DNA of 64,000 nt from Psammoneis japonica (taxonomy: Eukaryota): assembly GCA_008632985.1 (NCBI GenBank), contig QPGO01000002.1, positions 1 to 64,000 of the forward strand. The letters run 5' to 3'. The position numbers and the translations under genes are program-made. The notes beneath the pieces are model-generated. The model saw only the letters and a program-made list of their open reading frames with translations. It searched no databases and was not told the DNA's origin. Shown here one piece after another: positions 27,167 to 40,513 of this stretch (position 1 is the first letter of the stretch; the number at the start of each line of letters is the position of its first letter).

Positions 27167-27674
27167 GCAACTGTGACAGACAAGAGGCCTTTTGGAGAAC
27201 AAGATCATGACAACAGATTGTCCGGATGTGATTGACATTGACACACAAGATGTCAACATCATCGCACAATTGCACCTGCCATTTTCGACATCTGATCATT
27301 TCTGTGTGATTGACATGTCCTTCGTACAAACCCGCGATTGACGCCGAACCCAAAAGATGCACACACCAACCCCAACCTCTGCTTGATGTGGTGGAGCAAC
27401 ATGGGGAGAGCTGGCATGGCCTGACAAAAGTGTCCTTTGCAGTGCACATCATCTTGGGGGGTTCCCATTTCCTGTGTCACATGCAGGAATTTGAATTTTT
27501 TGCCACCCAACCAGGGTGAACAAGAACCCAAATGCCATCAATTCAAACAAGATCATGTTGATGCTGGCTGAGTTCAAGCCTCACAATTGTTTGCCTGATG
27601 CTTGTTGTTTCCTGAATGAACTTCATTCAAACAAGACACCTGCTCATGACAAACTTCTGGATGGATTTGCCCCT

Positions 27675-28229
27675 GACGTGCTCCAGTCCCAGGTGACGCA
27701 CAAAACGACAATCGGATTTTGAACACAATTTGTGCATGTTTTAGTGCACACAGCATTTTGGTGAAAACACTCAGACGGATTGACTGTCGTGGGCTTCTGG
27801 AGCACGAACATTTAAACAGTTTTTTGAGGGGTGTTCAAATCCTCATGGGATGTGTGTCACAAACTTCCTCAGCAGACTCAACACTGATTGCACGTCAGCA
27901 GATTTATGCTGAGATTTTTTTGCAGGTAGAAAACCCACCAAGTGGCATCGTAGAAAGACATGTTTGGGTGACATCCAAATGACGGCAACATTTTCACCGA
28001 AAATCATCCGTTGTGTTACAAATCTTTTCACACAATGAGAAACACAGACAGCACAACAACAATGACATTGCAACACTCACACGAGTCTTGTCAGCATTGC
28101 AAAACATTTGTGTTTGTGTGAATCTATGCTTTTGGTGGTGAAAGTTCGATCGCAAGTTAGGGGCCGCGCAAAAATCGTGCAAATGTCGTTTTTGTGCACG
28201 ATTTGGTTCACGTGCGGCTGGAACACGTC
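27675..28229 (+). mobile_element. Family B element, uninterrupted (555 bp)
   Basis: GACGTGCTCCAG...CTGGAACACGTC; TSD CCCT. Confidence 0.92.
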
Positions 28230-28237
28230 CCCTCAAG

Positions 28238-28585
28238 GTGGATGACAGATGATGGATGATGGATGATGGATGGCAGATGGTGGATGGTGCATGGTGCATG
28301 GCGGATGATGGTTGATGGATGGTGGATGGCAGATGATGGATGATGCATGGCGGATGGCGGATGGTGGATGGTGGATGGTGGATGATTGATGATGGCTGGT
28401 GGATGGTGGCTGGTGGATGATGGATGATGGATGGTGGATGGTGGATGGTGGATGGTGGATGATGGATGATGGGTGGTGGATGATGGATGATGGATGATGG
28501 ATGGTGGATGATGGATGATGGATGGTGGATGATGGATGATGGCTGGCGGATGGTGGTTGGTGGATGATGGTGGACGGTGGATGAT
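28238..28585 (+). repeat. (GGATGGT)n-type array abutting a gypsy LTR
   Basis: Direct inspection. Confidence 0.95.
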
Positions 28586-29833
28586 GTGCACTGTGCTTGA
28601 AGAATGAGCACAAACAAAAGCAGAGCCAAGTGTGAAAAGTGAAGATTGTGAGATTTGTTTCTGCTCAATCATTTTGGGTTTCTCCAAATGGGTTCTCAAT
28701 GGCCTGAAGCATTTGCGCTGTTCTCACAGACAAGAGACTTTTTGGAGAATGAGATCATGGCAACAGATTGTCCGGATGTGATTGACGTTGACACACAAGA
28801 TGTCGACATCATTGCATGATTGTGTTTGCCATTTTCGACATCCGATCATTTCTGTGTGATTAACATGTCCTTTGTACGAACCCACGATTGACGCACGATT
28901 GAAGCACAAATTTTTTTAACATCGCTGCACATGCACACACAATGTGCGCAACAACGCATGTTGCATTCGCCTCCCTGATTGCACATTAGAGTCAGTTGTT
29001 GAATGGCACAACCCAACGGACATTGACAGCGTCAATGACGTCACCGCGTTTGATCTGCACTGTGCCATTGGTGTGTGCCATTGTCATTGCATGTGGTCTA
29101 ACATGGGGCTGTTCTAGTTTCTGTGAGTCTTTCTCAAGCAGTGTCTTTTCTCCTGCTCTGTGCTTGCAAGGAGTGCATCAAGCATTCTCTTGAGCATCAT
29201 TTTCATTTGTGATTTTTGGTTTTGCTGCTGGATGAATTTCCACTCTGCGACTTGTTGGACGTTAAATGTCATGTCTCTGTTGACAACCAATTGTCCGGGT
29301 GTGGCTTGCGCAGCAGTGTGACATGCAGAACGTGCTGCAAATGCCACTGCTGATGACATTCCAGAGAAAGGATCCTCAGCATTCAGAGGTGCATGCTGCA
29401 AATCAAGTGCACGGATCATGTTTCCCAGCACTTGATGTGCGCATTCAACAACTGTGTTTGCTTGTTGATTTTGTGTGGTTGTGGGCTCGACTTCAATGCC
29501 ACAATCATCTTGCACCATGTCATTAAATTGGTGTCCAATGAACTCACTTCCACAGTCACAAGTGATCAATGATGGTCAAGGACATCTGCTTGACCATGTC
29601 CGTTCTAACAGTCCAGCCACAGTTGTGGATTCCTCACTTGAAATTTCCACAACTTCAAACAATCCGGTTGCTGGATCAACCATTGTTGAACACTTCAAGA
29701 CTGGGGGTTTCTTCTTTCCCTTGTGACGCATCTTGCATGGCACAACAAGGTCCACACACAGTCATTCCCATGGCATGGATTCTGCGCACTCAGGAGGCAA
29801 ATGTCCACATTTCTTGTGTCTCTTTTAGAATTT
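28586..29833 (-). mobile_element. Ty3/gypsy integrase and 3' LTR fragment
   Basis: DCGSEFIG..NQQANTVVE..ATPGQLV; paralog of 9597-10838. Confidence 0.9.
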
Positions 29834-29834
29834 C

Positions 29835-32800
29835 TGGTTGCTGGACCAACGTTTTTGTTTCAACATCTTGTGTTTCCGTTTTAGTCAGTTGGACTTGACT
29901 TGCGACAGCAGTGCACCGGATCATTGCAAGAATTGCCTCGAAGTCTTCATTGGGAAAGAACCAAAGTGCGGCAATTTGGTTGGAACTGTGATGTTGCGTG
30001 AGATGGCCAGTCCAGGCTCCGTTTCTCGCGTTTGTGATCGCATCATGCGGGAAACAACCTTCGTTTGTCAAAGCAAAAAGTTGAAAACATCCTCAGACCA
30101 ATTGGTTGCACCGTTCCAAAGGAAGATTTTGCTTGTCCAGAAGACACATCAGGCAAAATCAATTTGGGCGAAGTGAGTGAAAACTGCTTCAGCAATGAAG
30201 AAGCAAGGATGAATTGCACGACGATCTCCAATGGAGTCACTTGTGAAGGTGAAGCGACAGACAAAGACCTCGATGAAACAAAGGAGGAGAAGAGGAAGAC
30301 TGGAGCGAGGGGTTGCGAATTGGATGACTGTTTCGACCATTCCAGCAACATTGACGTCACTCCGCTTGTGCTGCAATTGTTTGTGGCAGCCACCTCTGTG
30401 TGCAATGGCAGGGACAAGGTGGTGGTGCTAACAACGATGAGCCAACTGCCAGTGAATCACAGGAATGCACGATTTGCAGGCATTTGCAACAGCAGTTGCA
30501 GGCGAGGAAGTTTTCGTGACAAAGAACTGCCAGGCACAATGCAGACGGCACAGGGAGAGTCGACGGAGAGTTTTCACAGAGCATCGCACACTGCAGTGCC
30601 TTGCGCTTTGGTGGACAAATGCACCAAACATTCACGGGTTGTCCCCGTTTTGGACGTGCTGGAAGAAAACAACAAAAGACTCTAAATTCCAGCGGGGCAG
30701 CTCGGGTTGCTCAGGATCATGCTGCATCACTGTTTTGGATTCTTGCAGGACAGAGGTTGTGCCACACCAAGAGGAACCCTGGGCCTGGCTTCATCAGAGA
30801 CGTGTTCATTGCGAAATCACAGGGCATGGCAAGGAACTGCGGCATGAGTCTTTGCACAAGCCTTGTTGACGCTTTGGACAAATCTTTCAACTCGCTGCGT
30901 GAACCCAAAGATTGGCGTGCGCTCAACCTTCATTGCAGGAAGATTCTTTCTCGAGACTTCATCATTGGCAAACAGGTTCTGGTGCCTTTTTGGCATTGTG
31001 AATTCACGCCGCTGCCGACAGATGAAACAATGTTGCAAGCCGAAACAGCGCTGTTGTTCCAGGCATGCACGAATGTTCGCATTGCACTTTTGGACGGAAT
31101 GCACAGATCGTGTGGCGGCATCAGTGCCAGGCTGAGAGCATTGCCTGCAACAATGTGGGAACAACACAGAGAGAACCCATCTCAGTTGTGCTCAAATGTC
31201 GGTGCAAACAATGACAGACTGACCAAAGAGGCAAACGCTCATTTTGTGCAGCCAGTCACAAACACCCAGACGACTCACTCCAGCAATGCCAGCTCGTTGT
31301 TCACTTCAAAGGAGTTGTGGATTGGCAAAAAATGCAGTGAGAAGGTGCAGGCAGACCTGCAGAGTGGCAGGGGGCGTTGTTTTTTGGATGTGGTGCTTTC
31401 GGCATGCGACCATTGCAGCAAAAATCCAGATTTTTGGCAACCTGGAGAACTCCAAATGAGGAAAGTGGCAAATGATGCAAGAGCAAACACGGCTGAACAG
31501 AATTTCAACGATGCCGACAAAAACAAAAAGCAACAAAGAATCATCAAAGAAAAGGTGATGAATCTTTTTTTCAGTGACACGTGCAAGCCTCTCATCCAGT
31601 GCTTGCAACAGGCAATCAAGCAGCAAGGAGGGGCCTCTGACGATGCTGGCAAAGCTCACATTGCAGTCTGGTTGGACGCCCTGGAGAAGAAGAAGGTGAA
31701 AGGAATGTGCAACAGAATGGGACCTTTTCCTGTCAGACCGGGGATTTGTGGTTTGTTGAATCTGTTCTCAAACTTGTTGCACAACAGACAGAGTTCAGGT
31801 TTTTTGCAACAAGCAATGAAGAACGCAACAACCTCAGTGTTTCCGGATTGCCACAGAAAGGATTTGTTGCGCCATGACACAGCAAACAATTTCGAACGTA
31901 ACTGCGACGGGGAGGCAATGGGCATTGACACCGCGTCATTGAAAAGCATTGAAGACTGGCAAGTGCCCGATGAAAAGAAGATTGGAAAGGCATTCAAGGT
32001 GTGTTTTGGCAGCTCCATTCCATTTGTCTTCTCGTCCGCTGTGTCAAATGGGACCAACGTTGGCTCCAAATTGACCATGTCTGTCCTGTGTGCGTTGACG
32101 GTCGAAATGGGACCATCATTGGGGCCAAATGGATCGTCTGTCATGTGCGCGTGTAACAGGTCGAAATGGACCCATCAATGGGCCCAAAATGGATCGCATC
32201 TTGCAAGTGCACGTTTGTTCATGTGGGACCAGCATTGGCTCCAAGTCGACCATGTTTTGTTCTGTGCTTGCACGTGCTCAATTTTCGACAATCATTGACT
32301 GGCCGTTGTTTTCGTTCGTTTCATTTGCAGAGATTCTTCTCGAACATTGGCAACTGATCGATGACGCCAGATGATGTCAACTGTTTCGGCGAGGATGTCC
32401 ACTCTGCACTTTTGGATCCACAGATCATGCTGGGGCGCACTGTGTTGAAAGCAAAAGGAGTCAAAAAAAACAAAGAAACGGATCAAAATTGGTTGACAAG
32501 GATCTTTCTTGCAGCCGGCAAGGACATCCTCCAGTTGCATGCTTCTTTCAGCTCGGTGTTGCCTGTCAACAAGGATTGGTTGCGTCCAAAGGAAACTGAT
32601 GGTGAAGCTTTTGCTCCGCCTGGAAAAGACCGTCGTGAGAACACTTGGTTGTGTCACTCCATGCTGCTTGAAGACCCTGAAGAAGACACCGATGCACAAG
32701 CAGCAATGATGGACAAGGACACTTTGAAATCATGCAGAGAGTTGGTGAGAAAAGGCAAGGCCAACCCAGACATCATGATGAACATTCCCACAATGGCGGC

Positions 32801-35153
32801 ATTTGTCTGTGAGTGGTTGAGCAAGGAAAAGAGCTTGAGTGTTTCTGTTAGAAGATTCGCCGTGATTGACAAGGACGAGGGGCAAGTTAAATTTGTGGAC
32901 AACAAAGGGAACCTTGTGGCAGAGGAAACAATGAAGACCTTCCATTCAAACACCTTTTACATGAAGCACAAGGTTGGAAGGAGCGTTTGTGGCAGCCTGT
33001 CTGAGTTGGTGCTGGACATCGTTCTTGTTGAAAACGGCGTTTACGAAAAGGCACGAGATGATGGTGTGCAGATGACCATTGCTTTTCTTCAAGGTTGGCT
33101 CGAAAAAGCCCAACCCACGGTTGTGGCCAACCAAACATCTGCAGCTAAAGCGATGCCGGCACACGAACCCCTTTTTGGTGGACGATCTGTTGGCGAGTGG
33201 AGCAAGAATTCAAGCACGCACAAGTTGGTTAACAGGTGCCTGTCAAAAACCATCGACACAATGGACAGCAATGAAGAGGTGACGCACAAGTTGAAGGCAG
33301 AATTCACCAAGTTGAACAAACAGCGTGGCGCCGTTGCTTGTGCCATCGCTTGCATGCAACTGAACAAAAATGTGACTCCAAAGCGGCTGAAGGATGAAAT
33401 CCACTGCAGGGGACACAACACCAACGACGAATTTGATTGCTCAGATGACAACCCTTCCAAAAACAAGTTTCGAACTGTCATCCAATTAGAAAAAGAGAAA
33501 CTTTGGGGCGAGGCTGCGGGGAAATTTGTGTTTGACGAGGATCAAAGTTGCAGCGACTGCAACAACTTTGACGAGTCCTGCAAGGACCCAAAATCAGTGG
33601 AAGAGCGTGCAATGATCGAGGCAACACCAACCCACCAGAATTGTTTCAACACCTGCCGATGTGAGTGCATGGAGTGCAACAAAGGTGGGTTCGACAGATG
33701 CCAGGACATCGATCATTCTCAAAAAACTGAGCAGACTGCTAAATCTCAGCCGTCAGCTGCGAGGCAGCAGGAAAATCCTGAGGTCGATGGTGTCGAGACG
33801 AATGAAATGACAGGAACTTCTGGTCGGTCAGGTGAGTGGGGCGAAATGGAACCAGTGATGGTCCCAAAATGACACAGTCTGCACCTCACACGTCGATTCT
33901 GAACATGATGCAGAAAATGCCGAGTCGGTTGAACATGAGCAAGGCATCATTTCTGAAAGTTTCCAAGTCGATGAATGCATGGTCCCAGAAGGAACCGTGA
34001 TTCAGGAAGATGCGACGAATGGTGATGCAGCACAAGATGCTGCCAGTGACAAGCCGGGAAAAGATGACCTTGCATCTGTGCAACAAAAGGGCCATGGTGA
34101 AGGCCAGAAGGTAGAAGAAGGCAAGTCTGAAGAGGGACAGAAGACATCGTCAGGTGAAGCATTTCAATCAGGTGAGCAAAAGGCGAAATGGAACCAGCCA
34201 TGGTCCCAAATGGCGCTGTCTTCGTTTCTCACGTAAAACCTTTCGAACGCTGTGCAGACAAACAAGACTTGGATGAAATGGACCCAGCACTGGACCCAAA
34301 TGGCTCACCCCATGCTGGGCAGGACATTTCTGGAAATGTGCAAGACCATGACTCCTTTCCAGTCCAAGATGACGATGGCGACATGCAGGGATCACAAGAC
34401 AGTGTTGAGGATCCCATTGCATCTCTGAACCCACACGAAGCCTCAGAGGGCAATCAGTCCAAAGCAGCTTCTCAAGAATTTGACAGTGCATCTGAAGAAC
34501 CAAGTGCAGCTGGAGAGGAAATCTGGGCGGAAGAGGAAAGCAAAGCTGAAGAGAAATGCCAGGAGGAAGTTGAGCAGGAGGATGCGGAGTCGTCAGGCAA
34601 CAACGATGATGGGAAACGTGGTGACGGCAACAAGAGAGCAGGCAGGCAAAAACGTGAGGGAGATCGTCAGAAAAAAAATTCTCACAAGAACGATCGTGAC
34701 GACGAAGACAAAGCCAACAAGTGAAGCAGAACGGAAAAGGTGCGGAAAGAATTGTCCCAGAACAAAGAGCACAACAATGACGGAGACGAGGAAGGATTTC
34801 ACAAGGCAATTGAACAGGACCAAGAGTCTGAAACAGCAAGCGATGTCAGCGACGGATCTGATGCACCAGAACTCCCTGTCGTCAGCAATCAAAAGGCAGC
34901 TGTTGCCACCTTGAAGGAAAGGGATCCAGCAATGGCAACCGTCGAAACATTTGCCACAGAAAAAGAGCGGGCAGAGGGTCGTCTGTTTTTGGAAAAGACC
35001 AGACAGGAGGCCAAAGCCAAGAACAAAAAAGCAGATTCCACAAAGAAAAGAAAGACAGAGGGCCTTGCTGGGCTGAAACATCAATTGTGCAAAACCACAA
35101 TCGTTGCATGTGTTGAAATTCGTCTGTGTTTGTACATCCAGTGTTTTGATTGA
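29835..35153 (+). pseudogene. Large spliced gene of unknown function with a DGxHR (ParB/DGQHR-like) motif and acidic C-terminus
   Basis: Long ORFs join in frame across GT-AG introns 31999-32330, 33832-33910 and 34172-34257; IALLDGMHR at ~31081-31107; a few frameshifts and stops; almost no Tyr. Confidence 0.7.
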
Positions 35154-35320
35154 CTTGTCAAAATGACATTGCAGTTGTGGACAGCAAGCCAGTGTCCAAT
35201 CCCAAAAATCATTGGCAATTCCATTGGTGGGTCGAAATGGGTCCAGCGTTGGTCCCAAAATGCTGCAGTCTGTCCATCACCCGGCAACCGAAATGGGTCC
35301 AGCAAAGGTCCCAAATGGGC

Positions 35321-35381
35321 AGTCTGTACGTCGTACGTCGCCATTTTATGATTAAAATCATTGACGGACGACGTGCAGACT
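35321..35381. other. Hairpin with ~19-bp arms downstream of the large gene
   Basis: AGTCTGTACGTCGTACGTC ... GACGGACGACGTGCAGACT (2 mismatches). Confidence 0.75.
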
Positions 35382-35422
35382 CTTGCCCTGACCCAAAACC
35401 GAGCCAAAAAGACGCACACACT

Positions 35423-37000
35423 GGTGGATGGCGGATGGTGGATGGCAGATGCTGGATGGTGGATGGTGGATGGCGGATGGCGGGTGGTGGATGCTGAGTG
35501 GTGGATGGTGGATGGTGGATGGCGGGTGGCGGATGGCGGATGGTGGATGCCGAGCTGTGGATGGCGGAAGGCAGATGTTGGATGGCGGATGGCGGATGGC
35601 ATGTGGCGGATGGTGGATGGCAGATGACGAATGGCAAATGGCGAATGGCAAATGGTGGATGGTGGACGGCGGATGGTGAGTGGTGGATGGCGAATGGCGA
35701 GTGGCGGATGGTGGATGTCAGATGCCGGATGGCGGATGGTGGGTGGCAGATGCTGGATGGCGAACGGTGGATGGCGAATGGTGAATGGTGGATGGCAGAT
35801 GCTGGATGGCGAATGGTGAATGGTGGATGGCAGATGCTGGATGGTGGATGGTGGGTGGCGGATGCTGAGCTGTGGATGGCGGAAGGTGGATGTTTGAATG
35901 GCGGATGGCGGACGGCAGATGGCGGATGGCAAGTGACGAATGGCGGATGCTGGATGTCAGATGCTGGATGGTGAATGGTGGATGACGAATGCAGATGCTG
36001 GATGGTGGATGGTGGATGGTGGATGGCGGATGGCGGGTGGTGGGTGCTGAATGGTGGATGGTGGATGGCGGATGGCGGATGGCGGATGGCGGGTGGCGGA
36101 TGGCGGGTGCCGAATGGTGGATGGTGAATGGTGGATGGCAAATGGCGAATGATGGATGGCAGATGGTGGATGGTGGATGTTGGGTGGCAGATGCTGGATG
36201 GCGGATGGCGGATGGCAGATGGCAGGTGGTGAATTTTGGAGTGGTGAATGGCGAGTGGCGAATGGCAAATGGCGGATGGTGGAAGGCAGATGCTGGGTGG
36301 TGAACGGTTGATGACAAATGCCGCATGGTGGATGGCAGATGCTGGATGGTGGATGTCGGATGGTGGATGGTGGATGGTGGATGGTGGATGGTGGATGGCG
36401 GGTGGCGGATGGCAGATGGCGGATGGCGGGTGGTGGATGGCGAATGGCGAATGGCGAGTGGCGGATGGTGGATGGCAGATGCTGGATGGTGAATGGTGGA
36501 TGGCAAATGGTGAATGGTGGATGGCTGATGATGGATGCTGGATGCCAGATGGTGGATGGCGAATGGTGAATGGCTGATGGCAGATGCTGGATGGTGGTGA
36601 ATGGTGGATGGCGAATGGTGAATGATGGGTGGCAGATGGTGGATGGCGGATGGTGGGTGGCAGATGCTGGATGGCGGATGGCGGATGGCAGATGGCAGGT
36701 GGTGAATTTTGGATGGCAAGTGGTGAATGATGGATGGCAGATGGTGGATGGCGGATGGTGGATGGCAGATGCTGGATGGTGGATGGTGGATGGTGGATGG
36801 TGGATGGCGGATGGCGGATGGTGGATGCTGAGTGGTGGATGGTGGATGGTGGATGGTGGATGGCGGATGGCGGATGGCGGATGGCAGAAGGCGGATGGCA
36901 GATGGTGGATGGCAAATGCTGAATGGCTGGTGGATGGTGGCTGGTTGATGATGGATGGCTGGTGGATGGCGGTTAGTGGATGATGGCGGATGGTGGATGA
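35423..37000 (+). repeat. (GGATGGY/GAATGGY)n array abutting a gypsy LTR
   Basis: Direct inspection. Confidence 0.95.
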
Positions 37001-38330
37001 TGTGCACTGTGCTTGAAGAATGAGCACAAATGAAAGCAGAGCCAAGTGTGAAAAGTGAAGATTGTGAGAGTTTTGTTTCTGCTCAATCATTTTGGGTTTC
37101 TCCAAACGGGCTCTCAATGGCCTGAAGCATTTGCGCTGTTCTCACAGACAAGAGACTTTTCGGAGAATGAGATCATGACAGCAGATTGTCTGGATGTGAT
37201 TGACATTGACACACAAGATGTCAACATCATTGCACGATTGTGTCTGCCATTTTCGACATCTGATCATTTCTGTGTGATTGACATGTTCTTTGTGCAAACC
37301 CACAATTGACGCACGATTGAAGCACAAATTTTTTTAACATCTCCACACATGCACACACAATTTGCGCAACAACGCATGTTGCACTTGCCTCCCAAGTTGC
37401 GCACTGGAGTCAGTTGTTGAATGGCACAATCCAACAGACATTGACAGCGTCAATGACGTCACTGTGTTTGATCTGCACTGTGCCATTGGTGGGTGCTGTT
37501 GTCATTGCATGTGGTCTAACATGGGGCTGTTCTAGTTTCTGTGAGTCTTTCTCAAGCAGTGTCTTTTCTCCTGCTCTGTGCGTGCAAAGAGTGTGTCGAG
37601 CATTCTCTTGAGCATCATTTTTGTTTGTGATTTTTGGTTTTTGCTGCTGGGTGAATTTCTTGTTGGACAATTTGGAGAGAATGTCTTTGTCCCATTTTTG
37701 TCCAGTGTCAAGAGCTTCATGGTTTGACGGAAAGACATTGCAGCAGGATTTTGGCAGGACCTTTTCAGCCAACTCTTCTGTGCTGAGGTTTTCCATGTGT
37801 TCTGTTTTTTTTTTCACAGCAAGTTGGCCAGTTGCAGCTGTGACAACATTTGCCTTGCCCTCGAGACATGTCATTTTGGGGCTGCATTCTTCTGTCATTA
37901 GACGCCAATGCACGACTCTGTCCATTGTGAAATTTTTGTGTGGGAGATTTTTTTGGTCCGCGTGTGTGTTCATCTGTTGGCTGAACAGCACATTTCGGAA
38001 CTCTTTTAACATCTCCACCATGGACAACAGCTGTTCTCCCATTGTGGCATGATGCATCTGCACTCCATTCAGCTTGCGGCTGCAGAAGGCAATCAGTTGG
38101 CTGTTCTGTGTGACAACCGCCCCCAGTTGAGAATTGCTTGCATCGGCACATGTCTCAGAGGGTGCACCGAAATTTGGATGTGACAACAGCATGTCTTTGG
38201 AGATGATGCGCTTCATGTTTTCAAAGGCTTTTTGTTCTGTTTCGGTCCATTGCCACTTTGCTTTGGTTGAAGCAAGTTTGGCCAAAGGAGCCAGAACATG
38301 AGATTGTCGAGACCACATGTCTTGATGGCA
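37001..38330 (-). mobile_element. Ty3/gypsy fragment (RT end, RNase H, integrase tail, 3' LTR); RT continues at 47985-48081
   Basis: CHQDMW..ADASNSQLGAV..IAFCSRKL; integrase core deleted at ~37650; RT resumes beyond the LINE ([12 protein letters not shown]). Confidence 0.9.
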
Positions 38331-40513
38331 AAACAAAGCCAAAATTCTATCTTTAAAGTGCTGCCATTTCCACCCCGCAACTCCGGCAACAAGCTGACCC
38401 ACACCCCCAGTGCACTGACAGCGCGGCAGGAGTGCACAGCAGTTGGCCAAGATCGGCATCGTCCGCAGACGATGCCGCGCCAAAGTGGCTGGCGATCGCA
38501 CGAGTTCCGCGTGCAGCGAGGTGCTTGGCCTGTTTCATGCTCGACTTGAACATTTGTGTCACCATGGCCAGCCAACTCCGAATGCAATGGGTTGAATGTG
38601 TGAGGTGTTCATCAACTGAGTCAAGCAGTTGTGCCCTGTCCTTTGCAAGATGTTCACTTGATTTCAAATGGGTGGCCCCCGAACCTCTGCTTCAGCGTCT
38701 CTTTGCTGGAACGACTTCCTGGTGTCCAAATCATGGCCATGCACATCGTCATTGTGAGAATCCCACAGCTCCCGCCATTGCTCCCAAATGCAATTGCCAG
38801 TCGTTGCTGCCCAATCCAAATGTTGTTCTTTTTCCAAAAGATCCTGGTGCAAACCGCCAGATGCCAGGTGAGCTTGCTGGGTTGCACCTCACTTGCGGGA
38901 AAAGTGTCCGCTGAAGAGATGTCTCCAACCAATGGCATCCTGGGAGTGGAACGCTGCCACTGCACTCCGATGAAGACCATCGGAACACACAATTTCTTCT
39001 CAAAACCACAATTTGATGGTCAAAATGATCAAATCACAGATGGATGGAGATGTGTGAATGTCGTCGCACTTTTTCTGCAGGCCTTGTAAGAACTTTCTGC
39101 GCCATTCTTCGTTGTGGGGACACCGCAGAATGTGGTCTTGGTCCTCCATTGGATGCTGGCAGTGCACACAACAATCAGGCCGGACCGGATCACACCGGTG
39201 GGCGATTTTGTCAGTTGGAAGCAAATCTTGGACCAGCTTGACTGTGCTCACCTTTCGTCCAATGTTTCTTGACATTAGCTTGGAATGTGCTGTCCAATCA
39301 ATGGAGTCGCAAACCACACCAGACCACCCACACTTGTCTTTCATGCAACTGATGAGTGTGGGACTGGATGCCTCGCAGCGAAGAGTGGGCTTGAAATTTG
39401 AATTGAAAGTTGCGTCTTGAATGACCAAATTTGCCATGCAATGGGGAGTCCTGGGAGCTGCCAATGCATTCCCTGAGCAATGTCCGTGATGTCGACCAGC
39501 TGGCATGTCCGCGCGTGCATTCAATTTGGCAGGCAATGACAGTGGTTTGGAAGGGGCGTCGTTGTCTTGATGACCTTTCACCCAATGGACGTCGACAAAA
39601 GTTCCGGAAGACCCTCCAACAGAGAAACTCGAAATGGCGTGAGCAGACTGGCACATTTTGTTCAACAAATCCCATTCTGCTGATGAGGTGTTTGCCACGT
39701 GATGTCATTGGTGACAATCACGGACTCGGTTGGATTCATCTAGATCGTCCGACAAGGGAGGTGCTCTTGCAAAATTCACAATGTGTCGAATCAACAAAGA
39801 GTTGTTGCGGTGAAGATCGAATCTGAGAAGAAAAATTGATTGACAACATTCCATCATTCGAAGGATGAATCGCAGTGCGGATGAGACACAGCGTGCCTCT
39901 GCCCCATGTGAAGACGGACAAAAGCCGAACACGGGGCCAGCACAATCCACCAAAGGCACACCTGAAATTGTGAGAGTCCATCCAAAGGCACCTTGAAATT
40001 CCACAACCGATCCGTCACTGCCAACAGAGGCGTGCGACAACCGGAGGCACTCAGCGATCTTGAACATTGATTTGTGCAAAGTGGCGTCGGTGAACAAGGG
40101 AGCCTCCCATTGAGGGGTCGACCACAGCATTTCCAAGAAGTCGTTCGGAACAGGCAACTGTGCGGGAGCTGCAACGGGAGAAGCTGCCAAGGCTGGTCTC
40201 CAACAACCATCACTCGCAGCAGAGACCACAGCTGGAGCGGCGGAAGGTGACAAGTCATCTGATGTCTCCAACTCAGATGCGGATTCTGCGCAATTGTCGC
40301 ACATTGGAAAAACCTGAAAACCAGCTTCAATCCGCACATGCAAGTGCTCTTCATCCGGTTCGCAGCATGCCGGGTGAGTCATTGGCACATCCGAGGAGGA
40401 AACAACCCACTGTCCCAAAGGACTCTTGAGATTTGTTGCATTCTCTGCACATGAAAGTGAACAAAACCGCTTCCATTGTTTCCAAGCACGTGCAGACGGG
40501 CGTTGTTGTTCCA

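Larger units (their letters stand above)
15070..29835. repeat. Segmental duplication, copy 2 (paralog 1-10840), with extra copia and MITE insertions
   Basis: See copy 1; also a local tandem duplication 15430-15770~15780-16110. Confidence 0.85.

Noticed and set aside
27345..27674. Short unique coding-like fragment
   Set aside because: Too short and decayed to assign.
32045..32250. CRISPR-like spacing of palindromic repeats
   Set aside because: Repeats are degenerate, spacers resemble each other, the site is in a eukaryotic intron and no cas genes are present.
35423..37000. Interstitial telomere repeat
   Set aside because: The unit GGATGGY does not derive simply from TTAGGG or TTTAGGG, even allowing TA>TG/CA.
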